Sequence record: OR608733.1
DNA: 64,000 nucleotides
Reading direction: 5' to 3' (one strand)
Shown here: positions 36,547 through 50,559 of the stretch, in pieces
Layout of the letters: every line of letters begins with the position of its first letter
Position numbering within the stretch: the first letter of the stretch is position 1
Translations under genes and position numbers: made by a program
The notes under the pieces: model-generated
What the model was told of the DNA's origin: nothing
The model's input: only the letters and a program-made list of their open reading frames with translations
The model's database searches: none

Positions 36547-38064
36547 TTATTGGCCATATCTTTCTAATTCCATATTACAAACAGCATTTCGTTGCTTTGC
36601 AATACGTAATAGGTAACTAATTAGTGTTGCGTATTCTGGTGACATATCGGTAATAAAGCCATTAACTAAAGATATAATCTCATTTGCATCATCACGAGCA
36701 CCTTTCCAAATAGCTTTAGACCTACGTAGCTCCATGTCCTCAATGCCCTGTGCAACCTTCTTCAGTTGTTCAAGGACATCTTTTTCAGCTTTAAATAGAT
36801 CACCTAAACGACGAATAGCTTCTTTATTAACTTCTAATGTTTTACGCACTTCAACAGGCGGCCTTGGCTCGATCGTGATTGTATCTGGACCATCACCATG
36901 TTTATCTTCACCAAGTCGTGGAGCATATTTATCTTTCTGGAATATAAGTTTACTATTACCAGGTAGAGAAGTATCTTTTACTTTATCTAACTGATTAGCT
37001 TCACCAATAAATTCAAAAGCCTCTTTAAACTTATCTAGTTCATTATCTTCTAAGTCGTAGTCTTTAATTAATTTAACTACTTTATCAATGTTTGATTTAG
37101 CTATATTTGGCCATTCTTTAGCTAGAAATTGACTAACTTTTGTTTCATTAGTTAAATCGTCTAAAACAAATTCATCACCAATGAATAACATTTTAGGATT
37201 GTCAATCTTAATTGACATATCAAAATCAGGTGTTACCCTTTCATTTGATACGGTTGGCTTATTGATTAAACTTTTCGCTTTTTCAATTAACTCATCAGTT
37301 TTATCTTCAACTGATTTGATTCCAGTTAGTACACGCTGTGCCGCTACTTTAGCTTGTTCAATAACATGGACTATTAAAGCAAGTATCTTTTTACCTATAC
37401 TTTCAATACGTTCTTTTATTTCTTCTTGAGAAATATTTACAAAACGCATAGCGCTGCTAGGGGTTGCATTAAAATCTTCAATACTAATCTTTTCAAAGCC
37501 GATAAGCTTATCAATTGATTCTAATGTAACGTGCATAAAAGCAGCTGATTGTTTAGTAATACCTCTATCACCAGCGGTATTTAATAAATCTATAAAACAT
37601 TCTAAACTAGTACGCGCATGCAGTAATTGATTTAGCTGATATGTCATGTTTTGAGATGGAGGTGCATCATACGCAAAGATATTTAAATGATCATCATCAC
37701 TATCTAAATCTTTACCATCCACTGGTGTAGGTCTATTATCAGGACTTTCTCGGGTATCATGGGGTGATGCTGGATATTCTTCTGATGCGACGTATGTTTT
37801 ACCAAATGAATCAACTTCAGTAACTAAACCACGATCTGATTTCCAATGGATATTAGGTTTATGTGCTTCTTCAACATCTAACCCATTATTAGTTGCTTTT
37901 ACATCATTTGGTAATTCATCAATTAATTTGGCAGCTTCTTCTGGTTCTTTAGATATTTGCTTGTCGTCTGTAGCAGCGTGCTTTAGTTTGGCTTTCGCGA
38001 CTTTTTCTTTTACTTCGACAACACCATAACCTTCTAAACTATCAAGTAATTTATTTAAGTTCAT
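36547..38064 (-). CDS. gp94: Inner-body / ejection head protein
   Basis: 505 aa; SLECF...AGDRGIT.QSAAF.H.TLESID...ISQEE. Confidence 0.8.
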   Translation of the reverse strand: MNLNKLLDSLEGYGVVEVKEKVAKAKLKHAATDDKQISKEPEEAAKLIDELPNDVKATNNGLDVEEAHKPNIHWKSDRGLVTEVDSFGKTYVASEEYPASPHDTRESPDNRPTPVDGKDLDSDDDHLNIFAYDAPPSQNMTYQLNQLLHARTSLECFIDLLNTAGDRGITKQSAAFMHVTLESIDKLIGFEKISIEDFNATPSSAMRFVNISQEEIKERIESIGKKILALIVHVIEQAKVAAQRVLTGIKSVEDKTDELIEKAKSLINKPTVSNERVTPDFDMSIKIDNPKMLFIGDEFVLDDLTNETKVSQFLAKEWPNIAKSNIDKVVKLIKDYDLEDNELDKFKEAFEFIGEANQLDKVKDTSLPGNSKLIFQKDKYAPRLGEDKHGDGPDTITIEPRPPVEVRKTLEVNKEAIRRLGDLFKAEKDVLEQLKKVAQGIEDMELRRSKAIWKGARDDANEIISLVNGFITDMSPEYATLISYLLRIAKQRNAVCNMELERYGQ

Positions 38065-38101
38065 TTACAATTCCTCAAGAATACTTAATTACATAGCATA
38101 A

Positions 38102-38123
38102 GAGGAACCCCGAAGGGTTCCTC
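38102..38123 (-). terminator. Intrinsic terminator
   Basis: GAGGAACCC-CGAA-GGGTTCCTC. Confidence 0.85.
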
Positions 38124-38133
38124 ATTATGTTTG

Positions 38134-39441
38134 TTACTTCTCATCATTCTCAGATGCTTTAGAAGTTTCTTTGCCATATGCAGCTAGTTCATATTTAACA
38201 ATAAATGTATATTGCGCAGCGATGCATTTAGCAATATAGTTAACTAGTGCACTATTGTCAATGCCACCAATATTCAGTGCATCACGTGCTGTTTCTTTTG
38301 ACATACCTGCTTCGTCAGGATTCCAATCAGCTAGGGCCTTTTCAAGATTCTCAGCAATCTTGTAATCAATCTTATTAAAGTCCTGTAGTTTAATAACAAG
38401 ACCTTTAAGAATATTAAGATGTGCTAAGATTTTACTCGGTGCACGGACATCAACTTCAACTTCATGTAGATCCGTTTCCCCATCACCCTCAACAACTTCC
38501 CACTTATTCACACCTGACTTAGAAGAAGTAACTTCTAACTTAACATTACCAGGAGCTTTCTCAACGGCTTTATTAATATCTTCAGCCATCTTAGCTTGTA
38601 AATCACTGGTGACTTGATCAATATCAATAGACTTGTCACCTTTGAGATAACGTACTCCAAGTTCGCCATATTTCCTAAGAGCAGATACATACTGAGTTGA
38701 GAATACAGTCATGAAGTCTGCAATAGTCTTCGGATTATTTGCAATAAAGCCACTACTAGATACCATATACTCAGAAGGAGTGAACTTAATCTCTTCTTTC
38801 TTTAGATCACCGGCTTTGAGTGATTTAATAGCATCAATAGTTTTAGTAATACGCATATCGAGTGCAATCAGCTTAGGATTAAAATCTTTAATCTTCTGCT
38901 TTATCATTGCAACAATCTTCTTGATAATCTCTAAAGCTTTCTTACCTGCTTCTTTTAGTTTCTCTTTGAGATCCTCAAGAGAGATAACTGCTGCTTTCTG
39001 AATAGCGCTGCGTGGAGAAGCATCGTAATTCTCAAGCGCGGCAGTGAGTCCAGATTTTTCAATACCTAGGATACGATCGATTGATTCCATGCCAACATGC
39101 ATGAAGGCAGCTGCTTGACGAGAGATACCATCTTCACCAGCTTGAAGTAAAAGACCTTGGAACTTTTCAAGTGCTTCTTTAGCATCTTCAATTAGGCCTA
39201 ATTCATCTTCAGCTTGAACAATAGTCACTTCAGTATCTAATGCAGTGGGTTGAACAGCATCATCTGCATCAAGAACTTCTTCTACGGGATTATTCTCAAT
39301 CTGATCTACTTCTGCTAAAACGGATGATACATCAGCAGAAGTTTCATTTTCAACGACTAATTCAACATCACCATGAATCGTAGTGCCTTGATCTTCAATT
39401 GATTCAAGTGATAGTTTGTCTAGCATTTTAAGTAGAGACAT
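38134..39441 (-). CDS. gp93: Inner-body / head protein
   Basis: 435 aa; ALEKF...AGEDGISRQAAAF.H.GMESID...ISLED. Confidence 0.8.
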   Translation of the reverse strand: MSLLKMLDKLSLESIEDQGTTIHGDVELVVENETSADVSSVLAEVDQIENNPVEEVLDADDAVQPTALDTEVTIVQAEDELGLIEDAKEALEKFQGLLLQAGEDGISRQAAAFMHVGMESIDRILGIEKSGLTAALENYDASPRSAIQKAAVISLEDLKEKLKEAGKKALEIIKKIVAMIKQKIKDFNPKLIALDMRITKTIDAIKSLKAGDLKKEEIKFTPSEYMVSSSGFIANNPKTIADFMTVFSTQYVSALRKYGELGVRYLKGDKSIDIDQVTSDLQAKMAEDINKAVEKAPGNVKLEVTSSKSGVNKWEVVEGDGETDLHEVEVDVRAPSKILAHLNILKGLVIKLQDFNKIDYKIAENLEKALADWNPDEAGMSKETARDALNIGGIDNSALVNYIAKCIAAQYTFIVKYELAAYGKETSKASENDEK

Positions 39442-39446
39442 GTTAA

Positions 39447-40769
39447 TTACCTTACCTGGGAGGGATTATTTACTTGTTCTTGCGTAGGTCTTTGAATTGG
39501 ACGCTGGTAAGCTTTTAATTCTAACTCGGTCACGAATACTAGTCGACCCATTACTCTGACTAAACCAGCAAGAGCATTACTAAAATCTGTTACAACGCGA
39601 CTTACATTATTGATCATTAATGTAATTGAATTAATGATATTTGAGATAGCAGGGATGCCATCAGGTGCATCAGGATCTTGAACTTTTGCTTGACGATTTC
39701 GCATATTAGATTGTTGTGCCCGAATCCTACCAGCTTGTTGACGATTAGTCTCGGCTAACTGCATTAACCTACCAAATTCAAAATCTAGTTTAGTTGCATA
39801 ATCTTTTCTAGCATCTATACGTTTAGCCATTTCGCTTAATAATACTAACCGTCTTCCAATTGAACTCGTATCATTAACCTTAAAGGTATTGTTACCTTCA
39901 GGTGCATCCTTCATAGTAGGAATAGTATAAAACTTAAAGGCAAAATCACGGACAGTATTTACTAAAAAATCCCAATCCCTGATCTCTTCAGTCTGTGTTT
40001 CAGTTGGCCCTGCGCCAAATAAAGTCTTATTACCTTGAACTGGCATACTACGATAAACTGTAGAACTTACTCTAAATCTATCATCTTTCTTAATAGGTAC
40101 TGCACCCTTCATCCAGTTCTTAACATTAAACTTACTAAAGTCTTGTGCAGCTCTATCAGTCCATTTTTCATCAAATGATAATTTCCTAAGGATATCCGCT
40201 ACAGATTGGATATACAAGAGTAGGGATTTATCATAGAAAGCTATCAAGTTGTTAACTTGCATGAGTATCGGATCAACTGTAGTCGGTTCGAATTTACCAT
40301 CAATACTAAATCGTTTAGTATTTTTAAATTTTAATTCTTGCTTAAATGGCTCATGCTTAATATTTTCAGCTCTTTCTAAAAGCATGTTTATTCGTTCAAG
40401 AGTACGTTGATTACCTTGTGTAATAACACGTGCATACTCTTTTAACTCATCTCGATGCTTTGCTTGGGATTTTTTCATTTCATCCCAGGTATTTCGTGCT
40501 GTCTTAGATAGGTCTTCTAATGACACATTCTCAGTTTTTAGAATGTGTTCACTAACAACATCTTGGTTATCTGCATATTTTTGAAATAAGCCATCGGTAT
40601 AGGTTTTAACTAAAATGTCTTTTTCAGTGCATTCTAATCTACTTTGAATATCTTCAATTGATGGCAATAATTCTTTTAGATATCCATCGCATGTAGCGAT
40701 CATATCGACGGGGCTGTCCCCGTCGATTGATTCAAGTAAGACCGAATGACTAAGTGAATTATTAGTCAT
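39447..40769 (-). CDS. Internal head protein, gp92-like
   Basis: 440 aa; VSLEDL motif; synteny. Confidence 0.65.
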   Translation of the reverse strand: MTNNSLSHSVLLESIDGDSPVDMIATCDGYLKELLPSIEDIQSRLECTEKDILVKTYTDGLFQKYADNQDVVSEHILKTENVSLEDLSKTARNTWDEMKKSQAKHRDELKEYARVITQGNQRTLERINMLLERAENIKHEPFKQELKFKNTKRFSIDGKFEPTTVDPILMQVNNLIAFYDKSLLLYIQSVADILRKLSFDEKWTDRAAQDFSKFNVKNWMKGAVPIKKDDRFRVSSTVYRSMPVQGNKTLFGAGPTETQTEEIRDWDFLVNTVRDFAFKFYTIPTMKDAPEGNNTFKVNDTSSIGRRLVLLSEMAKRIDARKDYATKLDFEFGRLMQLAETNRQQAGRIRAQQSNMRNRQAKVQDPDAPDGIPAISNIINSITLMINNVSRVVTDFSNALAGLVRVMGRLVFVTELELKAYQRPIQRPTQEQVNNPSQVR

Positions 40770-40778
40770 AGATAGTCC

Positions 40779-41324
40779 TCAGTCCTTATCTATTACTTCT
40801 ACAGATCCAAATAGTAGATGTAGGGTATACATTAGATCATTCATACCGTTTTTGTGTTTAACCCAATTCTGGATCATTGAAACAGTATCTAGATCTAATT
40901 TTAACTCATTAAAGAGAGTAGCAATTTCAGCGCGCGGTTCAATGAGTTGTGCACCAGCATCTGGTTCAGTAGCTAGTAACATTGGCCATTGGGTAATTGA
41001 AATACGTCGATGACCCGTAGCAATGTATCGAACAGTATCTAATAGGAATTGATAATTATAACTATCAATATTACTATTATTGTCCTGTAGAATAAACCAA
41101 TTATAGTTTCCGCTAAAAAGACGAATAGCACAAGCTAGAACTTTCTTATGGAATTCCCAATATGCAGTTTGTGCAGGAAAGTTGGTAAAGATAAGATATA
41201 GTTCTTCAACTTGAGGATCACCGGGACGAGCAGTGAACCGTGAAATGGCCTGTTGTTGACCACCTGAGTAATTACGACCAAATGGGCGTACAGCATTAGT
41301 TGCTGGCATATCAATGCCCTCCAT
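40779..41324 (-). CDS. Minor capsid / virion protein, gp91-like
   Basis: 181 aa; alternative start at 41309 with GGAGG SD. Confidence 0.65.
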   Translation of the reverse strand: MEGIDMPATNAVRPFGRNYSGGQQQAISRFTARPGDPQVEELYLIFTNFPAQTAYWEFHKKVLACAIRLFSGNYNWFILQDNNSNIDSYNYQFLLDTVRYIATGHRRISITQWPMLLATEPDAGAQLIEPRAEIATLFNELKLDLDTVSMIQNWVKHKNGMNDLMYTLHLLFGSVEVIDKD

Positions 41325-42256
41325 TAGTGACCAAGAGATAGTAGATCACGATGGTTAGCAAAGAACTCAGATGCGCGATCTTGGATCATACCTAGGCGAT
41401 AGTTATAATCAGAGATACGAATTTCATACTCTTTAATAAGCTTCTGTAGGCGTGCATCCACTTTACCATTACTTTGCATTTCCCGCATTTCTTGTAAACG
41501 TAGTTGAAGTGCAAGGAATTCTTGCTCAGCTTCTTTAAAACGTTCAACCTGATACTCAGCTAAGAACTTGCCAAATAGCACGAACGGGTTCTGACGAGGT
41601 GAGAAGCCATCCATGTTAAGTGGATCACGTTGAGCTATAGAGAGAGCACTCACAGCTACATCATAAGTACCTTCATTGACTTCAGCACTAGATGCACGAC
41701 TTAAGCGTTGTTTCAGTTCATTAGTCTTAAGACTCATTGCTGGATACAGAGTAATGAATTGCGCCATATTAGTGTATAGCCATTCTTTCTCAGCACGAGA
41801 TGATTTTAATTCTGTAGCCTTACCTAATTTCATTGCTTCTTGTGCAATTAGATTTAGTAGTAGTTTACGGCCATAACGAATATAGAAACTAAGACCATCA
41901 ACAAAACGTAACATGTTTGCACGGTCAAAGGTTAGATTAGAGTTAGTAAACTGAATAGCAAATAAACGCCGGATTTCGCTTTCGATCATATCAAAGCTAC
42001 CACGAATATTTGAAAGAGTATCCAGTACTAGTTTAATCGGTTCAGTATTAAAACTAATCGCTCGCCGTAGTTCAGTAGATAACCGCATACCTAAATCTGA
42101 TTTAAGTTGCATATTACCAAATACTTCACCTACATCGTCAATAATTGGTGCGAGAGTTGCATCATATTCTTCACGTAATGAACGGATTTGATTTAATAGT
42201 TCACGACGTTCAGTAACTGGTGCGAGTTCACGTACATAATCAATAATTCTCATCAC
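41324..42256 (-). CDS. gp90: Inner-body protein
   Basis: 310 aa, helical; size and synteny. Confidence 0.7.
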   Translation of the reverse strand: MMRIIDYVRELAPVTERRELLNQIRSLREEYDATLAPIIDDVGEVFGNMQLKSDLGMRLSTELRRAISFNTEPIKLVLDTLSNIRGSFDMIESEIRRLFAIQFTNSNLTFDRANMLRFVDGLSFYIRYGRKLLLNLIAQEAMKLGKATELKSSRAEKEWLYTNMAQFITLYPAMSLKTNELKQRLSRASSAEVNEGTYDVAVSALSIAQRDPLNMDGFSPRQNPFVLFGKFLAEYQVERFKEAEQEFLALQLRLQEMREMQSNGKVDARLQKLIKEYEIRISDYNYRLGMIQDRASEFFANHRDLLSLGH

Positions 42257-42263
42257 TCAGTCC

Positions 42264-43427
42264 TTAAATATTGGTAGACATGGTTTTATTCATCATTTTA
42301 AAGATCTCAGTGATATCCGGACCTTTATTCTTTTCAGCCATTTTAATTTCATCAAGTCGGTGAGATGTAGATAGATCAACCCCACGATGATAAATAGTTA
42401 CTCGCTCATAACGGTCATCAATAACAACAAGCATCATTAGATAGCTATTGTCAAAGATCTTTTGCCGAGTGGCGAAATCATCAATACGACCATAAAGAGA
42501 ATTAGAAGCAGCTTTAAGAGTTGAAGTTGATACAATCGCGATATTTGATGCATCTGCTAATGAAACCGTACCACTGCGAACTGATTGTTTCCAGTTGTTA
42601 CGGCGGCGATCGGTGATTTGTTTATAAACACCTGATTTATCATTCATTAGAATGCGATAATGTTCATCGATCATATCTTGACCTAGAACGAAGTCACGCC
42701 AGAATTTAATTTGACCAGTTTTTACTAGAAATAGGCGATGTAGCCAAGTATCTCGTCCACCAGCACTAAAGATGTGCGCAATAATCTGAGGACTAACAGC
42801 GGCTGGAATTAAACGGATCATAACAGGAATTTTAGCTTTCTGCTTTCCTGATTTAACATCAACGTTAACCAGCTTACCAACGGCAAGGTTTTCAACTTCA
42901 TAAATCTTTTGTGTATCACCACTAGAAATACTTTGTGCACTTGTACTTTCGTCATTCGCTTCCATTGAAGCTACCCAACGCTCATGTGAGTGTTCAGCGA
43001 CGATATTTGGTAAATGCACAGGCTTCTCAAAAGACTCTAATGAAGGAAGACCATCAGAATACTCTTCGGCAGAGAATACACTAGTGCGAGTTACACCTGT
43101 ACGGTTAGGATTAATAGTATCGAATACTTTTAAAGTATCAATCTTATCCACACCTAGAAGCATATTAACAGCTTGTAGATAATAACCAGTAAAAGACGAT
43201 GAAACAAATTTCATAACGTCTTTCATGTAAGGTTGATCAACTAAGGTTTGGTCTACGATGACCAATGGTTCAACACGAGTTGGACGTGCTAGATCGGTTA
43301 GAGAAGAAATCTCTACACCATTTTTAGTGGCTTGTAGGACAGTCTGCATTAGACCACGTACACCTTGATCAGCAGCAACAGTCATCAGAGCAGAACTTAC
43401 TGCTCCGGCGATTACAGGTAATGGCAT
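42264..43427 (-). CDS. gp89: Inner-body protein
   Basis: 387 aa; FSAEE, PSLES and ASMEA cleavage-type motifs; size and synteny. Confidence 0.7.
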   Translation of the reverse strand: MPLPVIAGAVSSALMTVAADQGVRGLMQTVLQATKNGVEISSLTDLARPTRVEPLVIVDQTLVDQPYMKDVMKFVSSSFTGYYLQAVNMLLGVDKIDTLKVFDTINPNRTGVTRTSVFSAEEYSDGLPSLESFEKPVHLPNIVAEHSHERWVASMEANDESTSAQSISSGDTQKIYEVENLAVGKLVNVDVKSGKQKAKIPVMIRLIPAAVSPQIIAHIFSAGGRDTWLHRLFLVKTGQIKFWRDFVLGQDMIDEHYRILMNDKSGVYKQITDRRRNNWKQSVRSGTVSLADASNIAIVSTSTLKAASNSLYGRIDDFATRQKIFDNSYLMMLVVIDDRYERVTIYHRGVDLSTSHRLDEIKMAEKNKGPDITEIFKMMNKTMSTNI

Positions 43428-43463
43428 TTTTCTCTTCCTATATGGGTTTGCAGAGAGTTATAA

Positions 43464-47435
<3,972 letters not shown>

Positions 47436-47443
47436 GGTCATAA

Positions 47444-47463
47444 GCCCTCCCCTAGGGGAGGGC
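47444..47463. terminator. Bidirectional terminator
   Basis: GCCCTCCCC-TA-GGGGAGGGC between convergent genes. Confidence 0.85.
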
Positions 47464-47476
47464 ATTATGTTGTATT

Positions 47477-48766
47477 TTACATTGCATAACCACGTTTAAA
47501 GTCATCGATGACTTTATCAAATCGACGCTGCCATTCGCGAATAGCATCATTGAAGCCATGGATCTTATAATCTTCACTAACTACTTGTGCACACTTACCA
47601 TAATAGTTAAGTACGCAACTAGCTGCTAGATATTGTGCTTGAGAATATTCAAACATCGTATCAGTAATACGACGCATACCTTCAAGGGAAGTGTTGATTA
47701 ATTGAACAGACTCACCAATAGCATCAATAGTTTCTTGACTATAATTACGTGATAGTTGCTTTAACTTACGTAGAGTATCACTGCTATTGCGATATGCTTT
47801 TAACAAATCATCAAGTGGTGCGACAAAACGATCTTTTAACAGATGTGAGTTTTTCCAGAAATTCTTATCAGGGAAATCTGGAATGCTTGAACGATCAGGA
47901 TACACTGTAGATAGTTCATTGCACCGGGTAGCTAGTTTACCAATCTCACGGATATTAGCGATAGGCATAAGTGCACGATAATCATCACCATTGTAATTAA
48001 CATATTCAATGATAGTGCCAACTAGCTTTTCCATTGTACCTAGTTCAGTACGTGCTTCATTATTAATATTAATGATTTCTTTCTGGTAGTATACACTACC
48101 AAATGCAGCAGCATATACACGACTAGCTAGGATTTTAGGATCATCAATGATTGATTGTGCAATTGCATCAAACTTTTCTAGTAGCGCATCCTTTCGATTA
48201 CCTAATCGATTTTTAACTAGTAACTCTTGAAAGAGAGTACGTGCTTGATCAACTGCCCGGACAATCTTTCCATAACGAGTTGCTACAACAACATCGCGCT
48301 TCTTAAAATCACTAATCCAACGCATCAGCTTAGCAAATAGTTCCATTAGTTTCTCAAACCAAGTCTTAAGAGTATTAATGATGGTAGCCATCACTGCCTC
48401 TTGAGAAATAGTCACATTAAGAGTACTACGGGTTGGTGTAAACATAGAAGCATATTGCTCAAGTGAAGCTACTGCTTTCTTAGGAGCTTCAAACCCTTCA
48501 GTGCTCATGCGCTTAACTAATGCTCGAATACCATCAACATCTGGTTTTGATACGCCTTCAAGTTTAGTGATTGCATAAATATCAGATAGCTGATGAATCG
48601 CTTCGACAGCTACACACATCTTAGCTAAAATTTCAGGAGCCGAGGCACTTGAAACAGTCTCTTCTTCGCCTTCAACCATCTCTGGTTGGTTCTCATCAAA
48701 GAAAAGTTTTTCCTCTTCGACATCTACTTCTTTAACATGAGACATGGGTTTAACCTCACTCATCAA
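47477..48766 (-). CDS. Head / minor capsid protein, gp86-like
   Basis: 429 aa; acidic N-terminus; ASLEQ and ISQEA motifs. Confidence 0.65.
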   Translation of the reverse strand: MMSEVKPMSHVKEVDVEEEKLFFDENQPEMVEGEEETVSSASAPEILAKMCVAVEAIHQLSDIYAITKLEGVSKPDVDGIRALVKRMSTEGFEAPKKAVASLEQYASMFTPTRSTLNVTISQEAVMATIINTLKTWFEKLMELFAKLMRWISDFKKRDVVVATRYGKIVRAVDQARTLFQELLVKNRLGNRKDALLEKFDAIAQSIIDDPKILASRVYAAAFGSVYYQKEIININNEARTELGTMEKLVGTIIEYVNYNGDDYRALMPIANIREIGKLATRCNELSTVYPDRSSIPDFPDKNFWKNSHLLKDRFVAPLDDLLKAYRNSSDTLRKLKQLSRNYSQETIDAIGESVQLINTSLEGMRRITDTMFEYSQAQYLAASCVLNYYGKCAQVVSEDYKIHGFNDAIREWQRRFDKVIDDFKRGYAM

Positions 48767-49205
48767 TACTACCGATTAATTGATTTAATGCATTACCCAT
48801 GTCTGCTTGGATACGGTTATAATCTGGGCCATTAACAACGGCAGAGACAATATTGATATCATCGACAGTTAGATAATCATTAGCGGTATCAGATGTCAGT
48901 ACAGCTTTGACAAGACATGGATCAGTAATACCGTTGATAAGACTTTGGCGAATGCGAAGAATATTGTTAAAATATGTTACGGCTAGTTTAGTATCAACTG
49001 CAATATTCTCATTAACTTTACTTAAGATTTTCTTAAATTTAGCAACAGCTTTATCCTGTTGTTCATTGAAATCAAGTAAAATCTCAAATGGAATCTGTAA
49101 TGCCACCGCATTAGCTAGGAGCATTGCGCGGGTTTTACGATCAGAACCACCTAAGTTAGGCAGTTGCTTTAGAATACGGGAAAGTTCAAAACCTAATTGT
49201 TGCAT
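48756..49205 (-). CDS. Minor capsid / virion protein, gp85-like
   Basis: 149 aa; synteny. Confidence 0.6.
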   Translation of the reverse strand: MQQLGFELSRILKQLPNLGGSDRKTRAMLLANAVALQIPFEILLDFNEQQDKAVAKFKKILSKVNENIAVDTKLAVTYFNNILRIRQSLINGITDPCLVKAVLTSDTANDYLTVDDINIVSAVVNGPDYNRIQADMGNALNQLIGSIDE

Positions 49206-49216
49206 GATTTTTCTCT

Positions 49217-50458
49217 CTATTTAGTTAAGCGGTAGGCTCTTACAAATAAGTCATTATTTAATAGACTTTCTAAAGTATCTTCTAATTCAGTAGCCCGTTT
49301 ATCTTTACGACGCTGGGGACTAAGGAAATCTAAAATTTTATCAAAAATGGTCCACTCATTAGCTAAATCATTTATCAATGAATCAATTACTTTAATGTCA
49401 TCATCAATTCCTGGTTTTAGTGATGAGTCCTTTACCCATTTAAGTTGTGCTACTAGATCTTGTTTAATTTTCATTAAACGTTGTCGTTGTTTGTCATAAC
49501 GTGAACTAATTGGATCATATCCAACTTTTAAATTACCGGCAATGATACCTAGCGTAACAGGTAAACCAATGATCATAAATAGACCTTTGAATACCTCAGC
49601 AGTAATATGGCTAGAAACAGATTTATATTCACGGTCATTATAATACCGACCTGATTTAGTTAATGCCGTTGCCAGTGGCCTTCCATAACCTAATCGAGTG
49701 GCGAATAAATCAGCTAATTGTTCATCGCGTTTACGTGATTGAACATCACCAGTTAAATGCGGACGTTGCGCTTTCTTAAATGATGATAGAATGACTTTAC
49801 GAATATTTCCTTCAGTCCTATCATTAGCAAACTTCTCATAATCGGCTGGATCAACGTTTTTCTTTAACCATGTTTCATCCAATAATTGAATCTTATACTT
49901 ATTAGCTTTCCTACCCTGTAAGATAAGTATACCTTCAGTAAGTGCATAGTTAAGATAGACGTAGTCACCCATTGTAGCCAGTGTTTCCCAACAATGCCCA
50001 ATTTCATGTAATGTAATGGCAGTAGCTTCTGCTATACTAACACGGTTAATAGCCGATAATAAACCAATAGATAAACCGACCTTGTATTTAAAAGTTGAAA
50101 CAGCCTCACCCGTAACTTTTAAATTTGTTAAATCAATATTAATGAATGTATTGACACCTTGCTCAGTTGCTAAAGTAACTCGATTAATATTGTCAAATTT
50201 ACTACCAGTATGTCCAACTGTAAAGGATGTGTATGCACCACCCATTATACCCTGATCATCCAGGTGTGTAAACTCTATATTCATATTGAGGATCTTAGAA
50301 ACATCATCACTCAGTGACCTAAAATCATTAATATCTATTCTCTGTTGATTATCTAATTTATCACGAATCTTGGTTAGATGTTCTTCGATCAATGGACCTA
50401 AGTCACGCTTAACATTCACATCTAACACTTCATTAGAGATTTCTATCGTATGTAGCAT
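49217..50458 (-). CDS. Virion protein with HEXXH zinc-metallopeptidase motif, gp84-like
   Basis: 413 aa; ITLHEIGH, then DEQLADLFATRLGYG; hydrophobic helix FKGLFMIIGLPVTLGIIAG. Confidence 0.7.
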   Translation of the reverse strand: MLHTIEISNEVLDVNVKRDLGPLIEEHLTKIRDKLDNQQRIDINDFRSLSDDVSKILNMNIEFTHLDDQGIMGGAYTSFTVGHTGSKFDNINRVTLATEQGVNTFINIDLTNLKVTGEAVSTFKYKVGLSIGLLSAINRVSIAEATAITLHEIGHCWETLATMGDYVYLNYALTEGILILQGRKANKYKIQLLDETWLKKNVDPADYEKFANDRTEGNIRKVILSSFKKAQRPHLTGDVQSRKRDEQLADLFATRLGYGRPLATALTKSGRYYNDREYKSVSSHITAEVFKGLFMIIGLPVTLGIIAGNLKVGYDPISSRYDKQRQRLMKIKQDLVAQLKWVKDSSLKPGIDDDIKVIDSLINDLANEWTIFDKILDFLSPQRRKDKRATELEDTLESLLNNDLFVRAYRLTK

Positions 50459-50559
50459 TTTATATCTCTACCAGTATTAATTTATAATCATAAAGATAAG
50501 GCTGCGTTGTATAGAATTCAATCTTATGCACTACGTATTATAAAAGAGGCGCACACAAA

